In this document: positions 1-11,649 of the stretch, piece after piece
Layout of the letters: each line of letters begins with the position of its first letter
Numbering within the stretch: the stretch's first letter is position 1
NCBI RefSeq assembly: GCF_006345805.1
Contig: NC_043004.1
Coordinates: 33,480,001 to 33,544,000 of the forward strand
Length of the DNA: 64,000 nucleotides
Source: Octopus sinensis
Lineage: Eukaryota
Direction of reading: 5' to 3'
Notes under the pieces: model-generated
Told to the model about the DNA's origin: nothing
The model's database searches: none
What the model saw: the letters and a program-made list of their open reading frames with translations, nothing else
Position numbers and translations under genes: made by a program

Positions 1-290
1 GAATAGGTTGATTCTATATGTCCTGTCTATGTATTTGAATTGGTCAGTAATAGTTTAAAAAGGGTTGGAATTTTGCCATAAACGTATTTTGAGTTGGCTA
101 ATTGATGGATGGCATTGGAGAAACTAAATATCCTATTATGAATCTATCTTGATTTGCTAAGCACAATTCCTAACTTGTGCTCCTAAAATACTGCCATTAC
201 CCTTTATATTGGTCAAATACTGTTAGTTTCACGACTAGTTATCTTCCTTAAGATGTTCTCCATTCCAAGAAAGGGATAATGTTTAATTTC
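1..290 (-). mobile_element. Highly degenerate RTE-like LINE fragment (post-RT region)
   Basis: Manual minus-strand translation with many stops: LSWNGEHLKE...HPSISQLKIRLWQNSN, resembling RTE RT C-terminal motifs. Confidence 0.3.
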
Positions 291-388
291 TCTATCTCTG
301 CAGAATCTTAATCAATCAAATACAAGACCAATTAACGAGCATGATTACTGCATTGCAGAATTTTGGAATTTACCAGTTGATCCAAATT

Positions 389-479
389 TGCATAAACAGA
401 TTAAAGAATTCACCATTTTTGTGTTTCTCTCTCTCTCCCACTTTCTCTCTCTTTCTTTCTTTCTCTCTCTTTCTTTCTT

Positions 480-511
<32 letters not shown>

Positions 512-1110
512 ACTCTCCCTATCTCTTTGTGTGTGTGTGTATCGAAATTCATATATCACTGGTCAAAAATTCTTCAAATTAAAATTTTGTTCAAAACAAG
601 TTTTCATTTGTTGCTTAACTTCAATGACCAATCAGTGACAAAGACTTACTCACCAGCTTTAGACAACAACACTAAAATAAACAAGACTAAAAATATTGAA
701 ACAGCATTCTCTCATTTTCTTCCTTTAATCACCATACATAGATGGCTAATATTGTAAAGTTGTGACTCAATGGGATCCTAAAAGAGGTGCCAGTGGTTAT
801 TAAACCTGGCTTTAAAGGAGCACTTCGTTGCTTCAACATTTTTTTATATGTGTCTTTTTATTGCTGCTACTGTTGGTGCTGCTGCTCCTGCTGTTGCTGC
901 AACTGTTGGACACCACCTCTGCTTTGTAGATCATAGCCTCAGTTTTGCATCAATCATTTATTAAGTATTCACCAGAATTATTCAAGGGGAAGTAACTTTT
1001 ACCATCACAGTATGGTTATTTGTCCCTTTCGAGTTTTTCACCACTAAACTGACCAAATCTGTATAGATACTGCCATTAAAAAAGAGGCTACGAGTTTCCT
1101 GTCCGCAAGT
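389..1110 (-). mobile_element. Degenerate Penelope-like element 3' part (GIY-YIG region, ORF end, 3' UTR)
   Basis: Frameshifted minus-strand translation CPLNNSG...IYKAEVVS...CSFKARFNNH...; ends NFNLKNF* near 565-587. Confidence 0.5.
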
Positions 1111-1224
1111 GTGATGTGCTGCCTGTACTGCCAAGAGCAACAGTAGATGTGAAATCAACCGTAACTTTCTGACAGGTTATATACCATAACCAAGGATATA
1201 CTACTTAACTAAATTCCACACGCA

Positions 1225-1915
1225 TGCACACACACATACACACACACACCACACACACACACACACACATATGTACATAGAGAGAAAGAAAGACTGAGTG
1301 AGAAAGAGAAAGATAAAATTATATATGCATGTATGAAATTTCATATATACACATACATACACACATATAAATATAAGCATGTATAGCTACACACATACAC
1401 ACACGCTCACACACACTTGCATGAACACACACACTGTCACTTGCACATGCACACGCACAAACAAACTTGTACACACACACACTTGTGTGCACACACCCGT
1501 ACACACACACACATTCATATACATGCACACACAGGTACACACACATACACACACTCATGCACATGCATGCACATGCATACACATGCATGCACACTCATAC
1601 ACATGCATGCAAACATACACACACATGCTCACACACACTTGCATGCTCACACACACAAACTTGTACACACACACACACACATACACACACACTTGTATAC
1701 ATGCATACACATACTCATATACATGCACGTGCACATGCATACACACATGCACACACATATATGTACATAAGAGAGAGAGAGAGAGAAAAGTATATATGCT
1801 TGTGTGCATTTTTATATATATACATCCATACACACACATAAATATATGCCTGTATAGCTATATAAGTGTGTGTATAGACACAGATACACACACACATACA
1901 CATACATGCATATCA
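1225..1915. repeat. Compound (CA)n/(CATA)n microsatellite
   Basis: Directly visible; source of the HT/CV-rich ORFs. Confidence 0.95.
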
Positions 1916-2855
1916 TTATCAGTCAGATACTTCTTTTATCGATCGCTATTTGCCAAACTGTTACGTTAGACAAATATATAATCATTGAATAAGTTAGAAA
2001 ATTTGAGGGAATTGTCCAGCAATATTAACAAAATTTGCAAAAGCTCATGATATATGCTGGCAATGGCGCTAACCGTGTATTCAATCAGAAATCTATACAC
2101 AGACGTGTCCAATGACTAAACAGAAACCATGAAATTCTAAAGCTGAATAAATATCTCCAAGACATAAAATAGATATTGTAATGAAGATCTTTAGCCGAAA
2201 GTGAGAATCAATACAGAGCAAATAAGTTCAAACAGAAATATTGCACTTGAAATTTGGTGATCTGGGTTAGATTCAGGTGAAGATGATTTATATATATGTA
2301 TGCCATTAACCAAATTTATAATGAGTTTCTTCGACTGAAAGACACTAGGAATGCAAGAAAAACAACGATGATGTTTGCAACTTCTACAGATCAATTATAT
2401 TTTTATTTTTCAGAATATTTCATACCTCGTTTAATCTCAAAATTGCATTGATCAAAGATATACCAGTCACTTAAAATGTTTGCAAGGGTCTTTAGGCTGC
2501 TTTTGTATTATTTTACATATTTTTAAATTCTCACACACGACTATTCCCATTTTATGTCATAGTTAACACAAGTTTCAAATTGATAGATAAGCGTATTCCT
2601 AAAAATTAAATGGTTGTTGCTGTAAGCGTTATTTTGGTTTAGTTTTATTCTTGTTATTTTCATTCTGAATATGACATTCCTGAAATCTCACAGAATTCTA
2701 TTAAATATTAGAATCTCATTCCTGAGATCAAACTTTCCATAATCTTAAAATACACTGGAGATTTTCACTAATACTTTCCTAAAGAACAGCTATACTTCTC
2801 TGCTATGAGAGAAGACTGTTTCTGAAGGAATGTCGATTCCTTGTAATAACACTTA

Positions 2856-2897
<42 letters not shown>

Positions 2898-3084
2898 GCA
2901 TGCACACACACACAGAGACACATGGTTATCCTTCTTTGATACATATAATAATCTTTTCCTCCTCTTTTCTTCACCCTCTCTACCTCTCTGTCACAGAAAA
3001 TCTAATTGAAATGTCCATTAAACTAATATTATACTGAGCCGTTCTTTTCGATATATTACAAAATAATGTAATCTATAAAATAAA

Positions 3085-3645
3085 CATACATATGGCATGC
3101 ATATGTGTATGTATGTATATGTGTATACATATATATATATATATATCTACACACACATATTTATATATATAAATATATACACACATATCATACATATATA
3201 TATATATGTATATATATAGCTACACACACATATCATACATATATATATATATTTATATATCTACACATATACGTACAAACAAGCATACACACATATATAT
3301 ACCTATATACATATACAGACACAGACATACACACATATATGAACATATATTATCTCTCTCTCAATCTCTGTGCTTGCGTATATATACGAATGTATGTGTG
3401 TGTATAAAAGTTCATACTCACATACACACACACATACATATATACATACTTATATTCATATATGCATGTATATATATATGTATATATATGTATATGTACG
3501 TATATATATATATATATTATATATATATATATATATAATATACATACATACATATATATATACATACATATATGTATGCATATACATATATTTATATATA
3601 AATATATATATATATATATTTGCATATATGTATATATACATATAT
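3085..3645. repeat. Compound (TA)n/(CA)n microsatellite
   Basis: Directly visible. Confidence 0.95.
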
Positions 3646-3671
3646 GCCCCTCTCATAATTCCTTGCCTAGA

Positions 3672-3880
3672 GAGTTACTTGGTGACCCTGCTACTGGGTA
3701 AGCTACGTAAAATGCATCTAGTCCACACTGTAAAGTGGTTGGCATCTGGAAAAGCATCCAGATGTAAAAAACCCTGCCAGAGCAGACACAGTTGCCTCGG
3801 GTAGTTGTCTACCTGGCTGGCTTCTGTCAACCATCGTACTTATGCATGCATAGACGATGGACGTTAAACGATGATGATGA
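3672..3880 (+). mobile_element. Retroposon family C 3' portion, (GAT)n tail
   Basis: gtggttggcatctggaaaagcatccagatgtaaaa...ggacgttaaacgatgatg, matching other family C copies in the window. Confidence 0.7.
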
Positions 3881-4039
3881 TATTGATACACACACACACA
3901 CACTCACACACACACACGCACATGCAAAAGCATGGCATTGTAGTTATGAAGCTGTTTTTGCAACCATATGGTTCTTAGTTCAGTTCCACTGCGTGTCATC
4001 TTGGGCAAGTGTCTTCTGCAATAGTCTTGAGTCAATTAA

Positions 4040-4220
4040 TGCATAAACAGATTAAAGAATTCACCATTTTTGTGTTTCTCTCTCTCTCCCACTTTCTCTC
4101 TCTTTATTTCTTTCTCTCTCTCTCTCTCTCTCTCTTCTTTTACTCTTCCTATCTGTTTTTTTTATTTTTATATATCGAAATTCATATATCATTGGTCAAA
4201 AATTCTTCAAATTAAAATTT
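4040..4220 (-). mobile_element. Second copy of the Penelope-like 3' end (direct repeat of 389-587)
   Basis: Near-identical unique flanks tgcataaacagattaaagaattcacc and atcgaaattcatatatca...ttcaaattaaaattt around a (CT)n tract. Confidence 0.65.
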
Positions 4221-4458
4221 GGCCAACAGAAATTGCATAGGAACCCATTATATACATATATATACATGTAAACATAATAAATAATATTATTTATTATGTT
4301 TAAAAAGTTTTTTGATAAATTTGTTCGAAATTTTACCGGCATCCTCTCTGTCCCCGGAAATAAACTGCATCTGCTCAGTGGATTTGAAAAGTTAGAATAT
4401 ACAGGCAGTGAGTTTACATGCGGATCTAATTGTGTATATATTTAAAATCTAAAGGCTA

Positions 4459-4526
4459 CCTACTGATGAAGACTGGCCTCAGTGAATATTTTTATTACTG
4501 AAATTAGTCAGAAACCATGGTCTAGG
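4459..4526 (+). ncRNA. Minimal type I hammerhead ribozyme motif (Penelope-type)
   Basis: Stem I CCTA(4459-62)/TAGG(4523-26); CTGATGA 4463-69; stem II GACTGG/TTAGTC; GAAA 4511-14; C-[CATG]-G-T-C with GUC site at 4520-22; one A.A mismatch at the base of stem II. Confidence 0.7.
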
Positions 4527-5038
4527 AACTAAATTAGATGGTAAACGTTTTTAATTTTCATTCCTTTCGAGAATTTATCCCTAATTAGTGGCTTGAGTTT
4601 TCTACTGCTCTTTCTAGCACAAAGGTTTCCTATTTGGAAGCCTCTTAATGTGTTTTAATGTACACGATATTTTTATATATACATGTATATATGTTCATGC
4701 ATGTGTATGTCTAAAGATATATAGAGTAGTAAGAAATGTTAGGGAGAGATCCGTGAAGAAGGTTTTATACACACAAACACACATATACAAGCACAGATTG
4801 AGACAGACACATATAAAACATTTGTGAAATGATTGCATTCTTAATACCCCTGGGAGAAGCAGAAATGAATCAAAACATACCTAAACAACTTTCCTATATT
4901 TATAAACCAACCAATATATATTTTTTTGCGAATAATATTTATTTCCTATATTTCTTACCATATAAAAAGGGCACAACCACATGCGAACATACAAACATGC
5001 ATATATATAAAGCATATACAACTATTTATATGAGGCTG

Positions 5039-5086
<48 letters not shown>

Positions 5087-5087
5087 G

Positions 5088-5290
5088 TTAATCAAAACAT
5101 GAACAAGCCAGAAAAAACAACAATGCGAGGATGTGGAATAAGTACAGTGTTATTGGGCGCCCAGGAAAAGAAAGAAAAGAAAGAGGATTTCATGTTTTGA
5201 GCGGGGCTCTTCGTCAGAAATATAGAAAAATTCCAAAGAAGGGAAGACAGAGAAAGAAAATTGCCAACAATACACATGCGGTCACATATA
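5088..5290 (-). mobile_element. Penelope-like repeat fragment with degenerate hammerhead-like core (5188-5222)
   Basis: Minus strand tttCTGACGA-a-GAGC-ccc-GCTC-aAAACatgaaa. Confidence 0.45.
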
Positions 5291-5294
5291 TATA

Positions 5295-5325
<31 letters not shown>

Positions 5326-5497
5326 ATTTATATATATACATGCATACACACACATATATACATATATACTTACACATTTCCCTCTCTCTCTCGTATATAT
5401 ACAAACACAAATGTATATATATATATATGTATATGTATACACACACACACACATACACATATATATATACATATATTTATATATATATATATGTATG

Positions 5498-5573
<76 letters not shown>

Positions 5574-5575
5574 TA
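5288..5575. repeat. (TA)n/(TG)n microsatellite
   Basis: Directly visible. Confidence 0.95.
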
Positions 5576-5811
5576 GGCATAAATCAATATAGCTAAAGAC
5601 CCCATTTCCAGACACTTCAATTAGTTATGTTTGTTTTAATATCGAGTCGACTGACCCCTAGATGACGCCGTTGATATGCAGTTAACATTACGAGAAGATC
5701 TAATGTAAGAGTGCTTGACCTAAGACACAGGTCCATTACAATCACCATCCATTCCGTACAAGTTATCAGTTCTCATCATCCTTAAATTCAACCTCATTTA
5801 TCTCTAAATCA

Positions 5812-6270
5812 GCAACAACAGCAGTGAGAACAGCAGCAGCAACAGCAGCAGCAGCAACAGCAGCAGCAGCAACAGCAGCAGCAGCAACAGCAACAATAGC
5901 AGCAATAGCAGCAGCAGTAGCAGCAGCAGTAGCAGCAGTATTACTGAAATGATGTGCTGCTGCCATAGGATCTTGCACACCAGTTCCTATACTAATTCTA
6001 CACCATGTTAAACACTACTATCACCAATAGTAATGGATTTACGATTGCCACCTCCACCAACACTACCAACATTATAATCCACATCATCATCATCATCACC
6101 ATCATCATTATCACCACCACCACCACCACCAACACCACCACCAGCATGATATTCCACATCATCATCATCACCACCACCACCACCACCACCACCACAACCA
6201 CCACCACCACCACCACAGCTACCACCACCACCACCACCACCACAGCCACCACCACCACCATCATCATCAG
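5812..6270. repeat. Compound trinucleotide repeats (CAG/CAA, then ACC/ATC)
   Basis: Directly visible. Confidence 0.9.
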
Positions 6271-6321
6271 TGATAATCCTGTTAGTTATTGAGTAGAAAT
6301 AATTCTAAATCCAAATTAAGG

Positions 6322-6500
6322 TGTAGGTATGGCTGTGTGGTTAAGAAGTTTGCTTCCAGACCACATGGTTCTGGGTTCAATCCTACTGTGTGACAACTTG
6401 GGCAATTGTCTTCTGCTATAGCTTCAGGCCAACCAAAACCTTGTGAGTAGATGTGGGTGATGGAAACTAAAAGAAGCCTGTCATGTATACACAGACACAA
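6322..6500 (+). mobile_element. tRNA-derived SINE family A, 5' part
   Basis: ggtgtaggtatggctgtgtggttaagaagtttgc...gggttcaatcc...ttgggcaattgtcttctgctatagc (A/B-box head plus CORE-like segment). Confidence 0.8.
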
Positions 6501-6544
6501 CAGAAGTAAATAGACACTCTTATAATCATTATAATAAATAATAT

Positions 6545-6790
6545 AATAAATGCGCCTTTTTAAAGCCTAGCCAGGTTCATGGGCCTGGTTTCCCAGTTTC
6601 TATGGCATTCCCCAGCTGGATGGGATGCCAATCCATCGCAGCGTTACTCATTTTTGCCAGCTGAATGGACTGGAGCAACTTGAAATTAAGTGTTTTGCTC
6701 AAGAACACAACGTGTCGCCCAGTCCAGGAATCGAAACCACAATCTTATGACCATGGTGCTGACACCCTAACCACTAAGCCACGTGCCTCC
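6545..6790 (-). mobile_element. tRNA-derived SINE family D, near full length
   Basis: Minus: gaggcacgtggcttagtggttagggtgtcagcacc...ggtttcgattcctggac...gcgatggattggcatcccatccag. Confidence 0.75.
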
Positions 6791-6867
6791 TCTATAATCA
6801 TTATAGTTTATTTCAATCTGAAATTATACATTCAGGTTATTTATTGATTGTTATAATGATAATATTT

Positions 6868-7650
6868 CATATTTAGTTGACATGCCTTTTGCATTTTTCA
6901 ATGCAAGGACCCTATAAGGCATATTACTGATCAGATGATGAATATTCTCTTGTGGAATTTCTCACCAAGTTTCATGCAGTAATCTTCAAAGATCTGGCTT
7001 TGAAGATGCATTCCTGTCCTTTTTATGAAGTGTCCTGTCCATTATGTCCCAGAGGTGTTCAATAGGGTTCATATCTGGTGACTGACTTGGCCATGGAGGC
7101 TTTTTAATGTTATTCTCATCCAACAAATCTAGGGTCATTTTAGTCATGTGACAAGGAGCCCCATCTTCCATAAATAAAGAGTCTTCTTTAATCATTTCAC
7201 CAATGGAGAAGTTTGGAAGGAATCTTTTCTGCAATATGGACACATATTTATCTGATTTTATGTTTCCCTCACAATCCACTACCTTTGATAAACCATTGCC
7301 CCAAATTGCTCCCCAGACCATCACAGAATAGCTGCCATGTTTGATTGTTGGCTGCAATCTTTTCACATCACATTCTTGATCACAGTCTCCAGACCCACAC
7401 TTGACCACTGTCAGAAAATACAGCAAATCTGTACTCATCAGAGAATAAGACAGTGTTCCAAAATGCTCATGACCTCTCCACCATCTCACTGACTCAATGT
7501 TTTCTCCACTTGGTGTTGGGTGGTCGAAGAAGTGGCTCTGCCATAGTAACCAAGTTTGTGAAAATACCTGACAGCTGTTCTGGGACTGACATCAACTTGT
7601 TCTGCTATGTCCGAAGCCTTGCAATGAAGATTATCCTCCGCACTTCTCTT
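6868..7650 (-). pseudogene. Tc1-family (DD34E) transposase remnant
   Basis: ORF 6986-7489: VMVWGAI...FMEDGAPCH...WPSQSPDMNPIEHLW, with 34 aa between D and E; continues with stops to GMSTKY*; upstream SPRTAVRYFHKLGYYGRA. Confidence 0.9.
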
Positions 7651-7669
7651 TATGTATACCTATATATAT

Positions 7670-8025
7670 AATTATAATTTGAGGGAATATTATTCCAAAC
7701 TTACAGGGAAAAATTCAGTTTAGAAATACTAAATCAAATTTCACAAAATATAATATATATATACTTTGATACTTTGATACTTTGATAGGTTTCGGCCATT
7801 ATTGGCCCAGGCCATGTCTTACTTAATAGCACCACCTGTGATGATGTGGATTATATATATATATAAAAGTTAGAGAAAACCACCTTTTATCAATTCAGAA
7901 TGAACAATGAGATTACACCATCTAGAAAATTACATATAAAAGAAATATTAAAAATAAAATAACAATAATATACCAATGATTAAGTAAATTGCAAAATAAT
8001 AATAAAAACGTATATATTTGGTATT
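7670..8025. repeat. Unclassified interspersed repeat, probably Penelope-derived
   Basis: Minus strand has ggccaataatggccgaaac (hairpin plus GAAAC), a Penelope-tail-like motif. Confidence 0.3.
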
Positions 8026-8034
8026 TATATATAT

Positions 8035-8275
8035 TTACACGTATGTGTGTGTGTGTGTCTTTGTATATGTGCTTGTCCCTGACCACCTCATTGACAACTA
8101 GTGTTGGTGTGTCTATGTCCATGTATCTTAGCAGTTCAGCAAAAGAAACTGATAGAATAAGTAACAGGCTTATGAAAGAAAAATAATAAGTATTGGAGTT
8201 GATTCATTCGACTAAAAATTCTTCGAGGCAGTGCACCAGCATGGCTACAGTCCAATGATCAAAACAAGTTGAATA
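8035..8275 (+). mobile_element. SINE family A, 3' part
   Basis: ttgacaactagtgttggtgtg...cttagcagttcagcaaaagaaactgatagaataag...ccagcatggctacagtc. Confidence 0.75.
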
Positions 8276-8839
8276 GGAAATCTATAATGTCTTTAATATT
8301 TAGTTCACCATTTAATCATTGAGTCTTTTAGTTTAATCTATTTTAACAATAAACAGAAAGTAATTTACTCGTTGTGTTATTGTTTCTCATCCACATCAAA
8401 ATATGTGTGTACATGTGTGTGACTGAATGAGTGTATGATTGTGACAATATCTGTATGAGTCTGTAGACAAATATGATTGTGTTTTCATTTTTAAATTAAA
8501 CAAAGCATGTAATTATGAGGCTACATATAAGAATAAGTTTATATATATATATATATATATACATAAACACACACACACATATGTATATACATATATGCAT
8601 GCATGTATGTACGTATATCAATTCAATACACTTACCGAAAGAGCTACTTACAGTTTCATGCTTTTAAGATACTATAATTGGGCATATTCATAAAATACAT
8701 GTATCTCCGACCAAACTTTCAGGCTCTGTTTATGCATTAAAGTACTTTAAAAACAAGGATGCTGGACTTTGAAAATAAAAGAAAATGAGATGGAAAACTG
8801 CCATGCTTTTGCATGCGTGTGTGTGTGTGTGTGTGTGTA

Positions 8840-8985
8840 TTCATCATCATCATTGTTTAACGTCCATCTTCTATGCATGCATAAGTAGGATGGTTGACAG
8901 AAGCCAGCCAGATAGACAACTACCCTAGGCTACTGTGCCTGCTCTGGCAGGGTTTTTACATCTGAATGCCCTTACTAACACCAAT
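8840..8985 (-). mobile_element. Retroposon family C 3' portion
   Basis: catcatcattgtttaacgtcc...catctgaatgcccttactaacaccaa. Confidence 0.7.
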
Positions 8986-8988
8986 AAA

Positions 8989-9811
8989 CTGTTGACTAAA
9001 TTACGCAAAAATGAAAATAACACAGGCATCTCATTTTAAAAGATATATTTACCAAAATTACATAAAAATATCTTGAAATACTAAAGAGTAAATTTATTCA
9101 ATAGATTCGCCATTGACTTCAACCCTAGCCTCCAGACGACTTCAGAATCTCCTGCAACTCTTCTGGATGGTCTTCTTGTTTAAGTTGGTGAATGCTGCCA
9201 TAATTCTTGCTATCAGTTTATCTCTGGTGTTACAAGGAGTTTTGTTGGTCTTTCACTCAACTGCACCCCACACATAATAATCAAGGGGGTTGCAGTGTGG
9301 GGAGTTAGGTGGCCAGATGTTAGGGGTGATGTGGTCACAGAAATTGTCTGACAACCACAACTGGGTTCTCCTACTTGTGTTGCATGGTGTGGAGTCCTGT
9401 TGCCAAACATAGGGTCTTTCAGTAGCAACCCTCTTGACCCAGGGCAGCACTACCTTCTCCAGGCACTTCACATAAGCCTCAGTGTTGAGTGAGAGGCCAT
9501 GTGGGAAGATGAATGGAGCTCTAACGTTGCCATCACTGAATATTTGATTTTTATCACTCTCAGTACATGTCCTCAGATGGACGTCCAAACACTCTGAAAT
9601 AATCGTATTGGAGTTTCTGGGGTAAATGCCAAGCAGTACAGCATGTCGCTTCCAAATTTTTGGCAGAGTGAATTGCATCATGGTGTTGTTTTACTCATAG
9701 ACGGTGCCCAACTGACCCTACTATACTGTGTAGTCGACAAAATCAAAAACAAACAATGTGCCTGCACGAAATTAAAAATATAAAATGGTGACAATTTACC
9801 CTCACACCCTG
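8989..9811 (-). mobile_element. maT-family (DD37D) mariner-like transposon, internally deleted
   Basis: VWQQDSTPC...WPPNSPHCNPLDYYVWG with 37 aa D-D spacing; end TA|CAGGGTGTGAGGGTAAATTGTCACC at 9811; N-terminus fused directly to catalytic region. Confidence 0.9.
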
Positions 9812-10821
9812 TATATGTGTGTGTGGTGTGTGTGTGTGTGTGTGTGTGTGAGTTATATTGAGGAAAAACAATATACTTGAACATATAGCTCAATACTTGG
9901 AACTCAATACTGTGAATATTGAGTGAGAGAAGCCAGTACACAAACCGTGTATTCGTATTTTTTACTCTTAAAACGAAGCATTGCAGGTTGTGTGAAATGA
10001 ACACATGTAACTAGCAATAAGATAGAAACTGTGTTGCAGTTGTAATATAAAGCTGATTTTCTTTTTTCCGTTTCAGACATGTTGAGTGCTGTACACTTGC
10101 TACCCAGCATCTTCTTTGTTTGTGAAGTAATTTTATAGAACTACCAAACATTTCCAACACTCAAACATCTGGAATCTGTCATTCATTTCCATATATCAAT
10201 AAAATATAATAATTTTTCTTTACACTCACTTACAAGGAAACTAAATTGAATGACGCTGAATCGAATAAATATTTGTCTGAAGATGGATGGTTAACGACAA
10301 CCTAATCAATTGTCTTGTCACAGTCAGCACATACTCTGCTGCTACTCTTTTTATTTTAAGAAAAAAAAAAACAGTTTTAGTCTGAACAAACCTTGAGTTG
10401 TGATCTAGAATCAACTTTAAGTTTAGATTTATTTAATGCTGATTATTTTCTTTTTACTACTTCAAAATTGTCCACTATTACACATCTAAGGAGGCTTTTT
10501 TTCTTCCTAAGTCTCTTTAAACAAACTTTCTATTTTTCTAAGTTATATTTAATTCATGTCCTAGATTTTCTCTTTTTATCACTGCAATCTGTTACTTTTA
10601 AAATGTCTTTTAATATTCATAAATGTCTCATTGATAGAAACGGTTTATTACTTTTTTCATGTTTCCAAAGTAATTTCACAATAGATATATTGTTATACAT
10701 CAAAGAGAAATTTATATTGCAACAGCACCAACAAAAATACTGGTACTTGAAGTCATAATCCGCTACAGCCATTTCAGTCCCAAAGTAATTAGAATAACCA
10801 ACTATGTATGTATATGTCCAC

Positions 10822-10892
10822 GGGCATGTGGCATAGGGGTCAAGAGTGCAGGCTACTAACCCCGAGATTCCGAGTTCGATTCCAGGCAGTGA

Positions 10893-10961
<69 letters not shown>

Positions 10962-11280
10962 TAATAATGATGAAGATGATAATAATGATGATGATGATAA
11001 TGATGATGATAATAATGATAATAATAATAATGATAATAATAATAATAATAATAATAATATAATAATAATAATAATAATAGTAATAATAATAATAATATAA
11101 TGATAATAATAATAATAATAATAACAACATCGAAAAATACCTTAGGAATGAGAACCCACGTTCGAAATTCCTCCAAGACACCTGAAGAAGGCTGGAGGGT
11201 ATATCAGCCAAAACGTTGTGTTAACAACAAACAAGATGAGGACAAATATCCATCAAATGTAAATAATGTAAATTATGTAT
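10822..11280 (+). mobile_element. SINE family E: tRNA-like head + (AAT/GAT)n + Penelope-like tail with hammerhead-like core (11177-11222)
   Basis: Head ggcatgtggcataggggtcaagagtgcaggctactaaccccgagattccgagttcgattccaggc; tail gacacCTGAAGAaggctg..cagccaAAACGTTgtgtt. Confidence 0.8.
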
Positions 11281-11649
11281 GTATAATATTTAACATATAT
11301 ATACTGGGGAGAGATGAAAAATTGTTCTGGCAGCAGTTCGTGAGAATACCAGATGCATCAGATGTGACGGATTTTTGGAGGCATGTGGCTGTGAGTAGAC
11401 ATCATTGATAATGTTCAACAAGACTGAAATGCATTTGGTGTTCTCGCTTGCCACTGCTGGAATGATTTTTTGCTTCCCTTTGATATATTGATATTGTGCT
11501 TTTAACATACCACATCTATAAGTGAGAATACCTTGGATGAAAACCACAATAACTTCCTTGTCAGCTGTGTATATACATTGCATTAAGTATGATACATAGG
11601 TGGCTATTTTAATTTAATGCTGCTTCAGCTTCCTTCACTGAATTTCCAG

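Noticed and set aside
1319-1969. Long HT/CV/YI-rich ORFs (also 3105-3804, 5092-5615, 17913-18474, 57162-57564)
   Set aside because: Translations of dinucleotide microsatellites, open in several frames on both strands.
5645-5735. Possible hammerhead (cccctagatgacgcc...gacacaggtc)
   Set aside because: The core is broken (CTAGATGA, no GAAA) and stem II cannot be closed.
5766-5978. Poly-Ala ORF MQDPMAAAHH...
   Set aside because: Lies in a CAG/CAA repeat with no supporting splice sites or recognisable domain.
7780-7825. Minus-strand ggcc-aataat-ggcc-GAAAC hairpin
   Set aside because: The CUGANGA box is absent in this copy; at most a decayed Penelope tail.
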